This document shows, one piece after another, positions 18,041 to 26,853 of a stretch of 35,941 nucleotides of DNA; positions within the stretch are counted from its first letter, which is position 1; every line of letters begins with the position of its first letter. Position numbers and translations under genes: made by a program. The notes beneath the pieces were generated by a model. The model searched no databases and was not told where the DNA came from. It worked only from the letters and a program-made list of their open reading frames with translations. The DNA is from Candidatus Altiarchaeota archaeon (GTDB lineage Archaea; Altiarchaeota; Altiarchaeia; IMC4; SCGC-AAA252-I15), in NCBI GenBank assembly GCA_043813075.1, contig JBDRLL010000009.1, forward strand, positions 1 to 35,941. The letters run 5' to 3'.

Positions 18041-19029
18041 TGCCGTCCGCCCTCCTCCAGGTACGCGAGAATCCGATCCCCCTTCTTAATCTTCGCGACA
18101 GACAAAGGACTCCCACCCTCCTTAACAAGGTTGATGGTCTCCGCATTCTGCAAGAGACTCTTAATCTTACGGCCGTCCTTAACAGCCTCCACCAGGATCA
18201 GCGGCCTCTTCTCTATCTTCAGCCTGCCGACTATCAGGACGCGCGTGTTCCCGTCCTTGTCTACGGCCAAGACTTCATCGCCGGCAGACAAGTCGCTCAA
18301 GTACTTGGTCTTCCCGCCGGGCACGAGAGTGTACGCGTGCACCGGACCCGCGTTCACCCTGAAGGGCCTGGCTGCGACGTACTCCGTCTGGAGGGTCTCG
18401 CTGTGCACCAGCAGGAGGCCGTTGCTCTGGCTGCCCACCAGCATTCCCTCACCCAACTTGAACATGCTGGCAGTGTCGACGCACACGCGGTCGCCCATGC
18501 CAACCTGCCTGACGTCAGAAACCTCGACCACACAGAGGCCGAGACGCTCCTGAGACAGTGACTCAACATACTCCCTTATCTTCTTCACAACCTTCCCGTC
18601 AGCGTTGACTAGAACCCCGTCAGCGCCGACCTCAAGGGTCTCCAGGACGGTCTTAGCCTCGTCGAAAGAGCAGACCTCGACGATGACCTTCGCCTTCTCC
18701 TTCTGCAATCCCGCCAGGATGTTCTCCAATGGGATGACCCTCCAGTCCGTGGCCTTGAAGACGACGTGGCTGAATGACTTCCCGTCCTTCACCACCTTCT
18801 CCTCCCCGGACTTGTCTTCGATTACTGTGAGCGAAACATCCCTGCCTATCTTCAAGTCCGCGGAATCCCCCTCAGAGACGACTGTGATGCCTCCGAGCCG
18901 ACGGACCTTATCCTCCTCACCGGGGTTCACCAGGACCGCGTCCACACCGGACTCCAGTCCGCCGGTAATCCTCTTCTTCCGTTCATCCCAGACGGCGTCT
19001 CCGTCAGCCCTAACCCATACCAGCTTCAT
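18001..19029 (-). CDS. aroB': 3-dehydroquinate synthase II (archaeal type)
   Basis: DWRVIPLEN, LEVGADGV, GDRVCVDT, RPFRVNAGPVHAY, LQNAETI, GRHFGM. Confidence 0.96.
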   Translation of the reverse strand: MKLVWVRADGDAVWDERKKRITGGLESGVDAVLVNPGEEDKVRRLGGITVVSEGDSADLKIGRDVSLTVIEDKSGEEKVVKDGKSFSHVVFKATDWRVIPLENILAGLQKEKAKVIVEVCSFDEAKTVLETLEVGADGVLVNADGKVVKKIREYVESLSQERLGLCVVEVSDVRQVGMGDRVCVDTASMFKLGEGMLVGSQSNGLLLVHSETLQTEYVAARPFRVNAGPVHAYTLVPGGKTKYLSDLSAGDEVLAVDKDGNTRVLIVGRLKIEKRPLILVEAVKDGRKIKSLLQNAETINLVKEGGSPLSVAKIKKGDRILAYLEEGGRHFGMRVEESIEEK

Positions 19030-19063
19030 TTTATTCCCTTATACTCCTTAAGTTTAAGGAATA

Positions 19064-19435
19064 ATGTCATTTATAAGAAAACTATTTAAACGCAGTGGCG
19101 GCATGAAGCAGGCGATAGTGGTCCGCACGGACCTGGGGATGGGCAAGGGCAAGCTGGCAGCCCAGGCGTCGCACGCGTCATTGACGGCGGCAGACAGGAG
19201 CCCCCACAGGAAGGAGTGGGTCAGTGAAGGCCAGAAGAAGACTGTGCTGAAAGTCAGCGGAGAGGAGGAGTTGATACGGATACTGCAGGAGGCCAAGGAC
19301 TACGGGCTACCGACGGCGCTGATAGAGGATGCTGGCCACACGCAGGTGGAGGCTGGCACGAAGACGTGCGTTGGTATAGGGCCCGCGCCGGAAGAGGAGA
19401 TAGACAAGGTGACTGGACGCCTGAAGTTACTTTAA
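19064..19435 (+). CDS. pth2: Peptidyl-tRNA hydrolase Pth2
   Basis: KQAIVVRTDLGMGKGKLAAQASHA, DAGHTQV, GIGPAP...IDKVTG.LKLL. Confidence 0.97.
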   Translation: MSFIRKLFKRSGGMKQAIVVRTDLGMGKGKLAAQASHASLTAADRSPHRKEWVSEGQKKTVLKVSGEEELIRILQEAKDYGLPTALIEDAGHTQVEAGTKTCVGIGPAPEEEIDKVTGRLKLL

Positions 19436-19436
19436 A

Positions 19437-20870
19437 ATGGAGCATGAATTGAAGCTGCCGGGAGATCCGGAAGGGGCTGTGATGAGGTTCGCGCCAAACC
19501 CCAACGGGCCGCTGACCATAGGGCATGCGCGGGGCGTGGTGGTCAACAACCATCTCGCCAGAAAGTATGGCGGAAGGTTCATACTCCGGTTCGACGACAC
19601 AGACCCTAAGGTGAAGAAGCCGCTGGCTGAAGCCTACGACTGGATTATGGAAGACTGCTTGTGGCTCGACGCCAGACCAGACGAGAAGATAATAGCGTCC
19701 GAGAACATCGGGGAATACTACAGGCACGCGGTAGAATTGATGAAGCTGGGGGGCGCGTACGTTTGCACGTGCGAGAGGAAGGCCTTCAAGGCCATGAAAG
19801 ACCAGAGCATAGAATGCAAGTGCCGGAAGGCGGGGGCAGACGATAATCTCGCGGGATGGGAGAGGATGCTTGACGGCACGTACGGGGAGGGAGAGGCCGT
19901 TCTTAGGGTGAAGACAGACATAAAGAACCCGGATCCCGCGTTGAGGGACTGGGTCGCGTTCAGGATAACCCACGGCGACCACCCGATAGTGGGTGAGAAG
20001 TACAGGGTCTGGCCGATGCTTGACTTCGAGTCCGCTATAGAGGACCATGTGAGGGGCGTCACCCACATCATAAGGGGTAAGGACCTGCTGGACTCGGGGA
20101 GGAAGCAGGAGTACGTCTACAACTACTTCGGCTGGACGTATCCGGAGGTGATACTATGGGGCAGGATAAGGCTCGAAGAGTTCGGGAAGTTCAGCACAAG
20201 CCAGATGTCCGCGGACATCGCGTCAGGCAAATACGAGGGGTGGGACGACCCCGCGCTGCCAACGCTAAAGGCGTTGAGGAGGAGGGGTGTGACGCCGGAG
20301 GCTATAACAGAGTTCATGCTCGGCCTCGGGTTGAGCAACACGGACATCAGCGCGAGCATGGAGAACCTGTACGCGATAAACAGGAAGATCATAGACCCTG
20401 ACGCCAACAGGTACTTTTTCGTCAAGAACCCGGTGAAGATGATTGTGAAGGGTTTGCCTGGCATGACGGTGAGGCTCCCACTCCACCCCACCTTCAGGGG
20501 CAGGGGCCTGAGGGAGCACTGCCTGAAGGAGGACAACGAATGCTTCTACATATCGAAGAGTGATGTGGAAAAGATGACTGGAGACTTCGTGAAGCTCATA
20601 GGACTCCCCTGCGTGAAAGTGACTGGTACTGGAGGGGACATTGTGGAGGCGGAGTTCATAAGGGAGAAGCCGAAGAAGACCCAGAAGATACAGTGCCTCC
20701 AGGACTACGCTGAATGCGTTGTGAGGAGGCCTGACGGCGTGGATGAGGGGTACTGTGAGCCCCAGTGCAGGGATTTGGATGTTGGCACTGTAGTGCAGTT
20801 CGAGAGGTATGGCTTCTGCAGGCTTGAGGGCAAGGAGGGCAGGCTCTCTTTCGTGTACACCCACGACTAG
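19437..20870 (+). CDS. gltX: Glutamate--tRNA ligase (archaeal type, short N-terminus)
   Basis: RFAPNPNGPLTIGH, LRFDDTDP, THIIRGKD, KFSTS, GWDDP, QFERYGF. Confidence 0.95.
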   Translation: MEHELKLPGDPEGAVMRFAPNPNGPLTIGHARGVVVNNHLARKYGGRFILRFDDTDPKVKKPLAEAYDWIMEDCLWLDARPDEKIIASENIGEYYRHAVELMKLGGAYVCTCERKAFKAMKDQSIECKCRKAGADDNLAGWERMLDGTYGEGEAVLRVKTDIKNPDPALRDWVAFRITHGDHPIVGEKYRVWPMLDFESAIEDHVRGVTHIIRGKDLLDSGRKQEYVYNYFGWTYPEVILWGRIRLEEFGKFSTSQMSADIASGKYEGWDDPALPTLKALRRRGVTPEAITEFMLGLGLSNTDISASMENLYAINRKIIDPDANRYFFVKNPVKMIVKGLPGMTVRLPLHPTFRGRGLREHCLKEDNECFYISKSDVEKMTGDFVKLIGLPCVKVTGTGGDIVEAEFIREKPKKTQKIQCLQDYAECVVRRPDGVDEGYCEPQCRDLDVGTVVQFERYGFCRLEGKEGRLSFVYTHD

Positions 20871-21769
20871 TGGTCGAATGAGACTATCTTCCGGAACGCT
20901 TGGTAGCGTTCCTCTATGCTGCGGTTGGTCGTCTTCCTGAGTCCGTTGACGCTGAAGTCCTCCACCACAAAGCTGGCTATCACGCTGCCCAGGACTATGC
21001 TCTTGCGGAAGTATTCGTCTGTCAGCTCGCCGTGCTTCGCCAGGTGTCCGATGCATCCGCCTGCGAAACTGTCTCCCGCCCCAGTCGGGTCGACAACGTT
21101 CTCTATGGGGAATCCAGGCATGCCGAAGAACCCGTCGTCTCCGAAGTATAGCGCGCCGTGCTCGCCCTTCTTGATTATCACCTTCGAGCCGCCTATCTCC
21201 CGGAGCATGCGCCCCGCCTTTATGAGGTTTGGTGTCTTAGAGTACTGGCGGGCCTCCTCCTCGTTGATTATTATCCCGTCCACTCTGCTGAACACCTCCG
21301 TCAGAGATTCGTTCTTGCCCTTTATCCAGTAGTTCATGGTGTCGCAGATGCAGTATTCAGGCTTCACCTTGTCCATGACTTGCAGCTGTATGTCAGGGTC
21401 TATGTTGGCTAGGAAGAGTATCCTACACTTCTTGTATTCCAATGGTATCTTGGGCTTGAATGAGGCGAGGACGTTCAGATCCGTCTTCAGCGTCTTGGCG
21501 ACGTTCATGTCGTACTCGTAGGCGCCCTCCCAGTGGAATGTCTTGCCTGAAGTCTTCTCCACCCCGTCGAGGCTGATGCCGCGCGATGATAGGAACCGCA
21601 TGTGCTCTTCAGGGAAGTCTTCGCCCACCACCCCGATTATCCCGCATCTGGTGAAGTAGCTGGCTGACAGGCTGAAGAACACTCCGGAACCCCCGAGCGC
21701 GTTGTCGACCCTGCCGAAGGGGGTCTCGATGCTGTCCAAAGCCATGGTGCCGACGGTCACAACGTCCAT
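20867..21769 (-). CDS. PfkB family sugar kinase
   Basis: LGGSG and VDPTGAGDSFAGG signatures. Confidence 0.93.
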   Translation of the reverse strand: MDVVTVGTMALDSIETPFGRVDNALGGSGVFFSLSASYFTRCGIIGVVGEDFPEEHMRFLSSRGISLDGVEKTSGKTFHWEGAYEYDMNVAKTLKTDLNVLASFKPKIPLEYKKCRILFLANIDPDIQLQVMDKVKPEYCICDTMNYWIKGKNESLTEVFSRVDGIIINEEEARQYSKTPNLIKAGRMLREIGGSKVIIKKGEHGALYFGDDGFFGMPGFPIENVVDPTGAGDSFAGGCIGHLAKHGELTDEYFRKSIVLGSVIASFVVEDFSVNGLRKTTNRSIEERYQAFRKIVSFDH

Positions 21770-21892
21770 GAGGTTAAATAATCTAACCCACTGTTAAAAA
21801 AAACACAAATCCTTAAAATAACAGATAAATGAGTATATTATAAGATTATTTTTTATTATATAATTATTTTTGTTTGCGTTGGGGCGGGCATA

Positions 21893-22033
21893 TTTATAAA
21901 GCAACACTCCCCATACTATCTACCAGACTAAACCCCCGGTATCAGGGGTGTGCTATAGAAACGCGACTGAAAAGCACGCGTTCCAAACCAGATGAACCGA
22001 TGAAGAAGGTAAAAAAAGAGGTGAGGTAGCAAA
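21893..22033 (+). promoter_or_regulatory. rpl7ae promoter (TTTATAAA) and structured leader with a K-loop-like motif and SD
   Basis: TATA 21893-21900; hairpin GTGTGCT/AGCACGC; ACC-AGATGA-ACCG-ATGAAGA-A-GGT (21987-22010); GAGGTGA at 22018-22024. Confidence 0.6.
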
Positions 22034-22393
22034 ATGAGTTACGTAAAATTTGAAGTTCCAAAGGAACTACAGGAAAAAACACTAGACGCCATAGAACAGG
22101 CAAGAGACACGGGAAAGGTGAAGAAGGGGACGAACGAAGTCACCAAATCCGTTGAAAGGGGAAACGCAAAACTCGTAGTCATCGGAAGCGACGTTGAACC
22201 ACCGGAAGTGGTAATGCACATACCGATGCTCTGCGAAGAAAAGAAGATACCGTACTTATACATCCCAAAAGCAGACATAGGAGACGCAGTAGGCATACAC
22301 GTGCCGACCGCAACATGCTGCATAACAGAGGAAGGCAAGGCGAAGGAACTCGTAAACGAGATAAAAGAGAAGCTCGAGGAGATAAAGAAGTAA
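22034..22393 (+). CDS. rpl7ae: 50S ribosomal protein L7Ae
   Basis: [38 protein letters not shown]. Confidence 0.98.
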   Translation: MSYVKFEVPKELQEKTLDAIEQARDTGKVKKGTNEVTKSVERGNAKLVVIGSDVEPPEVVMHIPMLCEEKKIPYLYIPKADIGDAVGIHVPTATCCITEEGKAKELVNEIKEKLEEIKK

Positions 22394-22394
22394 A

Positions 22395-22586
22395 ATGGTC
22401 CTAGCAGAAGTCGTAAAGATAATAGGCCGCACGGGGATATACGGGGAAGTGATGCAGGTCATGTGCAAGATAAATGACGGCGAGAACAAGGGTCGCGTGA
22501 TAAGGAGGAACGTCAGGAACCCCATAAGAAAAGGCGACATACTCGACCTGAGGGAATCCGAGAGGGAGGCTAAGCCCCTCAACTAA
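22395..22586 (+). CDS. rps28e: 30S ribosomal protein S28e
   Basis: AEV..IIGRTG..GEV.QV, RNV..P...GDIL.LRESEREA. Confidence 0.96.
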   Translation: MVLAEVVKIIGRTGIYGEVMQVMCKINDGENKGRVIRRNVRNPIRKGDILDLRESEREAKPLN

Positions 22587-22588
22587 AA

Positions 22589-22933
22589 ATGGACTGCAAT
22601 TTCTGCGAAAGGAAGATACCAAAGGGTAGTGAAGTCATATACGTCACCAAGAAAGGCAAGGCACTGTACCTATGCTCCAGCAAATGCGAGAACAACATGG
22701 TCAAGCTCAAGAGAAAAGCAAGGAAGACCAAGTGGACTGCGGAATACAGGAGGGAGAAGGACGCGAGACTGAAGCTCCTCGAACAAGCCAGGAAAGACAA
22801 GAAGACTGTTGAACCCAAAAAGGAGGAGAAAGCCGAAGCAGCTGAAGAAGATGAATTGGGGGAGGAACCCAAGGAAGTGAAGAAGGCTGCGGTAAAGGCA
22901 AAGAAGAAGACCTCGAAAAAAAGTAAAAAATGA
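22589..22933 (+). CDS. rpl24e: 50S ribosomal protein L24e with a charged C-terminal tail
   Basis: CNFC..KI..G, CSSKC, KWT. Confidence 0.93.
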   Translation: MDCNFCERKIPKGSEVIYVTKKGKALYLCSSKCENNMVKLKRKARKTKWTAEYRREKDARLKLLEQARKDKKTVEPKKEEKAEAAEEDELGEEPKEVKKAAVKAKKKTSKKSKK

Positions 22934-23367
22934 AGACCCTCATAATAATCAGGCCATACGCAGTGCAGAGAGGCCTGGTAGGCGAGATCCTGTCAAGGTT
23001 CGAGAGGCATGGCATAAGGATTGCCGGGCTTAAGGTCACGAAGATGACCAGGGAGCTGGCCGAGGAACTATACGCCCAGCACAGGGGGGCTGAATTCTAC
23101 GACAGGCTCATCAAGAACATGACTTCCGACCCGCTGGCAATAGCCGTCCTGGACACCGACGTCCTGGACCCTGACAGTGCGGTGGCACTGGTCCGCAAGA
23201 TAATAGGCGACACCGACCCTGCGAAGGCTGAGATGGGCACTATACGCGGAGACTTCGGGCTTAGGATAGACCAGAACATAATACACGCTTCAGACAACAG
23301 TGACAGCGCGAAGAAGGAGATACCAATGTTCTTCAAAAAAGAAGATCTTGTTGAATACACCAATTAG
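22930..23367 (+). CDS. ndk: Nucleoside diphosphate kinase
   Basis: VQRGLVGEILSRFE, GTIRGDFG, NIIHASD (catalytic His). Confidence 0.95.
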   Translation: MKTLIIIRPYAVQRGLVGEILSRFERHGIRIAGLKVTKMTRELAEELYAQHRGAEFYDRLIKNMTSDPLAIAVLDTDVLDPDSAVALVRKIIGDTDPAKAEMGTIRGDFGLRIDQNIIHASDNSDSAKKEIPMFFKKEDLVEYTN

Positions 23368-23374
23368 GGATAAA

Positions 23375-23806
23375 ATGACTACGATATACGATGTACCGGT
23401 AAGGGAACTTATAGATGAGGCAGCCAGGGACCTGAAGGATAACGTGAAGCTTGAGCGCCCCGAATGGAGCACATACGTCAAGACGGGAGTGAACAAGGAG
23501 CGGATGCCTGAAGACCAGAACTGGTGGTGGACGAGGGCAGCGTCAGTGCTGAGGAAGATATACATTGAAGGACCCATCGGAGTCCAGAAGCTGAGGGTCA
23601 AGTACGGCGGCTCCAAGAACAGGGGGCGCAAGCCGGAAGAGTTCAGGATGGCCAGCGGAAAGATCATAAGAACCATCCTCAAGGAGTTCGACGATGCGGG
23701 ATTCACTGAAAAGGTTAAGGGCGGCAGGGTGATAACCGCGAAAGGCCGCTCGTACCTGGACAAGATTTCAGCAAAGATAGAAAAGGGAGAAGATGTCGGA
23801 GCTTGA
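23375..23806 (+). CDS. rps19e: 30S ribosomal protein S19e
   Basis: Start reassigned to ATG 23375 (MTTIYDVP); PEW..YVKTG, WWWTRAASVLRKIY, GRVIT.KGRSYLD. Confidence 0.97.
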   Translation: MTTIYDVPVRELIDEAARDLKDNVKLERPEWSTYVKTGVNKERMPEDQNWWWTRAASVLRKIYIEGPIGVQKLRVKYGGSKNRGRKPEEFRMASGKIIRTILKEFDDAGFTEKVKGGRVITAKGRSYLDKISAKIEKGEDVGA

Positions 23807-24131
23807 CGAGCTAAGACAGAAGAGGATACGCCAGCTGGTGCAGCAGCAGTCCCAGCAGAATATTCAAGAACAGCTTCAGGAACAGATGAGGGCTGAGGAA
23901 GTCAACTCCCAGATAAAGCACATCGTCAGCAAGCTGATGGATTCTGAAGCCAGGGACAGGCTCAACAACATAAGGCTTGTAAAGCCGGAATTCGCGAGGC
24001 AGGTTGAAGTCCTACTCATACAGATGTATCAGACAGGGAGGATAAGGGAGCGTATGAACGACGAGACCTTCAGGGCAATCCTCGACAAGATAAGGTCAGG
24101 AAAGAGGGAAGGAACCATAACCAGGAAATAG
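23793..24131 (+). CDS. PDCD5-like (DUF122) DNA-binding protein
   Basis: ELDELRQKR, EARDRLNNIRLVKPEFA..VE..LIQ; usual neighbour of rps19e. Confidence 0.92.
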   Translation: MSELDELRQKRIRQLVQQQSQQNIQEQLQEQMRAEEVNSQIKHIVSKLMDSEARDRLNNIRLVKPEFARQVEVLLIQMYQTGRIRERMNDETFRAILDKIRSGKREGTITRK

Positions 24132-24135
24132 ATGC

Positions 24136-25305
24136 TTAAAGCCCCAGGTCGCTCAGATCATCTTCCAGCGAGTCGCCCCCACCAGACTTTGGCGGGGACT
24201 CTATGCCCGCAGAACCGCCCTCAAGCTCGTAGCCGAGCTCTCCGAGCACGTCAGTGTCGATTGGTTTGACGACAGCCCTCTTCTTAGAGATTATTACCGC
24301 AGCCATTATCACACACAACCCCAGGATTATGACAGCCCAATTCGTCTTCGTGAACGGGCCTATCATCTGGTTCTCAAGCGTGAATATCCTCTCCTTCGCC
24401 TGCGTTACTTCGTCGGTGAGCATGACCTGCTGGGCTTCAAGCGTGCCCTTCTCCGTCTTCAGGGTCTCGATGTCATTCCCCAGCTTCGCGTTCTCAAGCT
24501 TCAACTCCCCTATCATTATCTGAAGCGTCTGCACGCTCTGGTTCTTCGGCGTCGGGTCAGAGGGGATGCTAAGCCAGTCTATTATGTTCAAACCGAAGTT
24601 CTTGTTGTTGTAGGACTTGATGTTCTTGTCGGAGAGTATGTCTGAGTCCCCCAGCACGAAGACGACTCCGTCGCCGAACAGCGAGGATGCTGCTATGCAC
24701 GGGCTGCTGCCTGCGGGAAACGAGCCTGTGTCAGAGTAGGTGTTGTCATCCCCCTTTAGGACGCACAACGTGTTCCCGGAGAGGACGAAGCCGTTGGAAC
24801 CGTAGACGCCGACCTTGGTGACGCCAAGCTTGAGGGTCCGTATCTCAGGGTCCTCGCCGAAACGGTTCACTGTGAAGTGATTCCTGTTCTCGCCAATCTG
24901 GTCTTCAGTGTCGATGAGGATTCCGGAGTCGACTGTCACGCCAAAAGGTATTGAAAGCTGGTTAGCCCTCCCGTCGCCAGCACCGTTTATGAAGAGGCCC
25001 TTCCCCTGCTGGAGCACGAACCATATTATGGAGGATATCTCTGCGGTCTCAAGATTCTTGCCGATCTGCTGGACAACCAGTATGTCATAGTTGGCTAGAG
25101 AATCCTTAGTCAGCTCTCCGCGGGTTATGGAGGCCACCGTATAGCCCTTGCTTTGGAGGGATTTAGCGAACTCACTGTATCCCTTCTCTATCTTATACTC
25201 GTCCGCAGTGCCGACCTCGTAGAACAGCACCCTAGCTGCCGAAACGTGGGATGAGAGTATCGTCAAAACTAGGGTTATTGTCGCAAAAAATCGCATGAAC
25301 TCCAT
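24136..25305 (-). CDS. Exported GldG/DUF4350 (GIFT-like) domain protein with coiled coil, C-terminal TM and acidic tail
   Basis: Signal peptide, L..YDILV, GKGLFI, GDGVVFVLGDSDI.SD....NKNF.LNIIDWL, heptad segment, TM WAVIILGLCVIMAAVII. Confidence 0.65.
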   Translation of the reverse strand: MEFMRFFATITLVLTILSSHVSAARVLFYEVGTADEYKIEKGYSEFAKSLQSKGYTVASITRGELTKDSLANYDILVVQQIGKNLETAEISSIIWFVLQQGKGLFINGAGDGRANQLSIPFGVTVDSGILIDTEDQIGENRNHFTVNRFGEDPEIRTLKLGVTKVGVYGSNGFVLSGNTLCVLKGDDNTYSDTGSFPAGSSPCIAASSLFGDGVVFVLGDSDILSDKNIKSYNNKNFGLNIIDWLSIPSDPTPKNQSVQTLQIMIGELKLENAKLGNDIETLKTEKGTLEAQQVMLTDEVTQAKERIFTLENQMIGPFTKTNWAVIILGLCVIMAAVIISKKRAVVKPIDTDVLGELGYELEGGSAGIESPPKSGGGDSLEDDLSDLGL

Positions 25306-25336
25306 TTTTATATCATTTATAATATATCAATAAAAG

Positions 25337-26014
25337 CTATCCGACATATGGTTTTACGGTTATTTCATTGGATATCTCAAGCACTAGAGCACGGCCGTCG
25401 GATATCCTGCCCACGTTGTAGACGGTAGTGTCTCCTATGTTATCCTGCCTGCCGCCGGACTCGTGTATGTGGGAGCATAACGCTATTTTAGGCCCGTATT
25501 CCTCGATTATTCTCCTCAGGGAGGTGCTGCCCACATGCAGTTTCCCGGGTATCTCATCGCAGTCCGTGTCCTTGGGGGGGAAGTGGGTGAAGAGCACGAA
25601 AGGCCTGCCGTCTCCCTTGACTGACTCGAACATGTCCTTGAGGCTGGAGTATATCTCTTCCTCAGACAGTTCGAATGGTGTGCCGAACGGCGTTGGATTG
25701 CTGCCGCCAAGACCTATTAAAACCGCGCCACCAGCCTTTATAACCGTCTTGTGGAAGTTAACACCCTTCTTGGCGAACAGGTCGACCACATCCTTCTGGT
25801 CGCAGTTCCCTGGCAGAGCCCTTACCTCATAGCCTTTGAATGACTCGAGCATGTATATCACATCGTGATTGTTCTCCACAGCATCCTTGAAGCCCCTGCT
25901 GTAGTCCCCCATCATGAAGACGTAGTCAAAGCCCTTCCCAGTCAGGGAGGATGAGAGGCGGTCGACAGCCTCCCTGTCACCGTGCAAGTCTGCGATGCAT
26001 AATATCCTCATCAC
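25337..26014 (-). CDS. Calcineurin-like metallophosphoesterase
   Basis: DLHG, GD, PGNCD, THFPP, HVGS, SHIHE. Confidence 0.93.
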   Translation of the reverse strand: MMRILCIADLHGDREAVDRLSSSLTGKGFDYVFMMGDYSRGFKDAVENNHDVIYMLESFKGYEVRALPGNCDQKDVVDLFAKKGVNFHKTVIKAGGAVLIGLGGSNPTPFGTPFELSEEEIYSSLKDMFESVKGDGRPFVLFTHFPPKDTDCDEIPGKLHVGSTSLRRIIEEYGPKIALCSHIHESGGRQDNIGDTTVYNVGRISDGRALVLEISNEITVKPYVG

Positions 26015-26048
26015 CTATAAATTAGCCTGAAGAGTATATATTTCAGAT

Positions 26049-26804
26049 ATGGATTCCATCACCTTCCTTGGGACTGGAGGGGGCAGGTTCGTCCTCCTGA
26101 CGCAGAAGAGGTATTCAGGCGGCATATGGCTGGAGTTGGGGGGAGTCAGGGTTGTGGTGGATCCCGGACCCGGATCCCTCGTCAGGGCGCTGGAATTCAA
26201 GTTTGACCCGGGAACCCTGGACGCCGTCTTCAGCTCCCACATGCACTTGGACCACTACAACGACGTTGAGGTTATGGTGGAGGCGATGACCCACGGGCTT
26301 GGCAGGAAGAAAGGATTGCTGGTGCTCCAGAAGGATGTCGTGGAATACATTTCAGAGTACCACAGGAAGTCTGTGGAAACCATCACGCCAGAGCCGGGGG
26401 AATTGTTCCATGTTAAGGGCCTCAGCGTCCGCGCGCTCCCGACACTACGTCACGCGGACTCCCTGGGATTCAGGTTCAACACATCAAGTGGGGCGGTCAC
26501 ATACTCGGGAGACACCGCATACGGGAAAGAAGTCGTCGAGGGATACGCCGGCTCCAGGATACTCATACTAAACACCATATTCCCATCCGGAAGCAGGGCT
26601 AGGACGCACCTATGCACAGACGATGCGGTAGAGATAGCCGGGGAAGTGAGGCCTGAACTGCTTGTTATAACGCACTTCGGCGTGCGGATGCTCGGCAGAG
26701 ACCCTGAGAGGGAGGCGGAGAGGATAAGCGGTGAGACTGGCGTCAGGACTGTCGCAGCCAGGGATGGGATGAGGATAAACGTCGGCACGCTAGGCCATGA
26801 CTGA
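26049..26804 (+). CDS. MBL-fold metallo-hydrolase
   Basis: FLGTGGGR, VDPGPG, SHMHLDH, YSGDT, THFG. Confidence 0.93.
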   Translation: MDSITFLGTGGGRFVLLTQKRYSGGIWLELGGVRVVVDPGPGSLVRALEFKFDPGTLDAVFSSHMHLDHYNDVEVMVEAMTHGLGRKKGLLVLQKDVVEYISEYHRKSVETITPEPGELFHVKGLSVRALPTLRHADSLGFRFNTSSGAVTYSGDTAYGKEVVEGYAGSRILILNTIFPSGSRARTHLCTDDAVEIAGEVRPELLVITHFGVRMLGRDPEREAERISGETGVRTVAARDGMRINVGTLGHD

Positions 26805-26853
26805 TTCTGATGGTGGGGGAGAGAATATAAAACACGTAAACAGTTAATAATAT

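Noticed and set aside
17903-18561. Two + strand ORFs of about 200 aa
   Set aside because: Antisense shadows of aroB' extended by the duplication.
19254-21056. Long minus-strand ORFs (270 and 263 aa)
   Set aside because: Antisense to gltX or out of frame with pfkB; typical shadows of GC3-rich coding sequence.
21775-21875. Very AT-rich tract as a DNA unwinding element or ncRNA
   Set aside because: It lies between divergent promoters (pfkB and rpl7ae) with no flanking ORB repeats or clear structure.
23300-23374. N-terminal extension of S19e in the ORF track
   Set aside because: Overlaps ndk; the conserved S19e start is ATG 23375.
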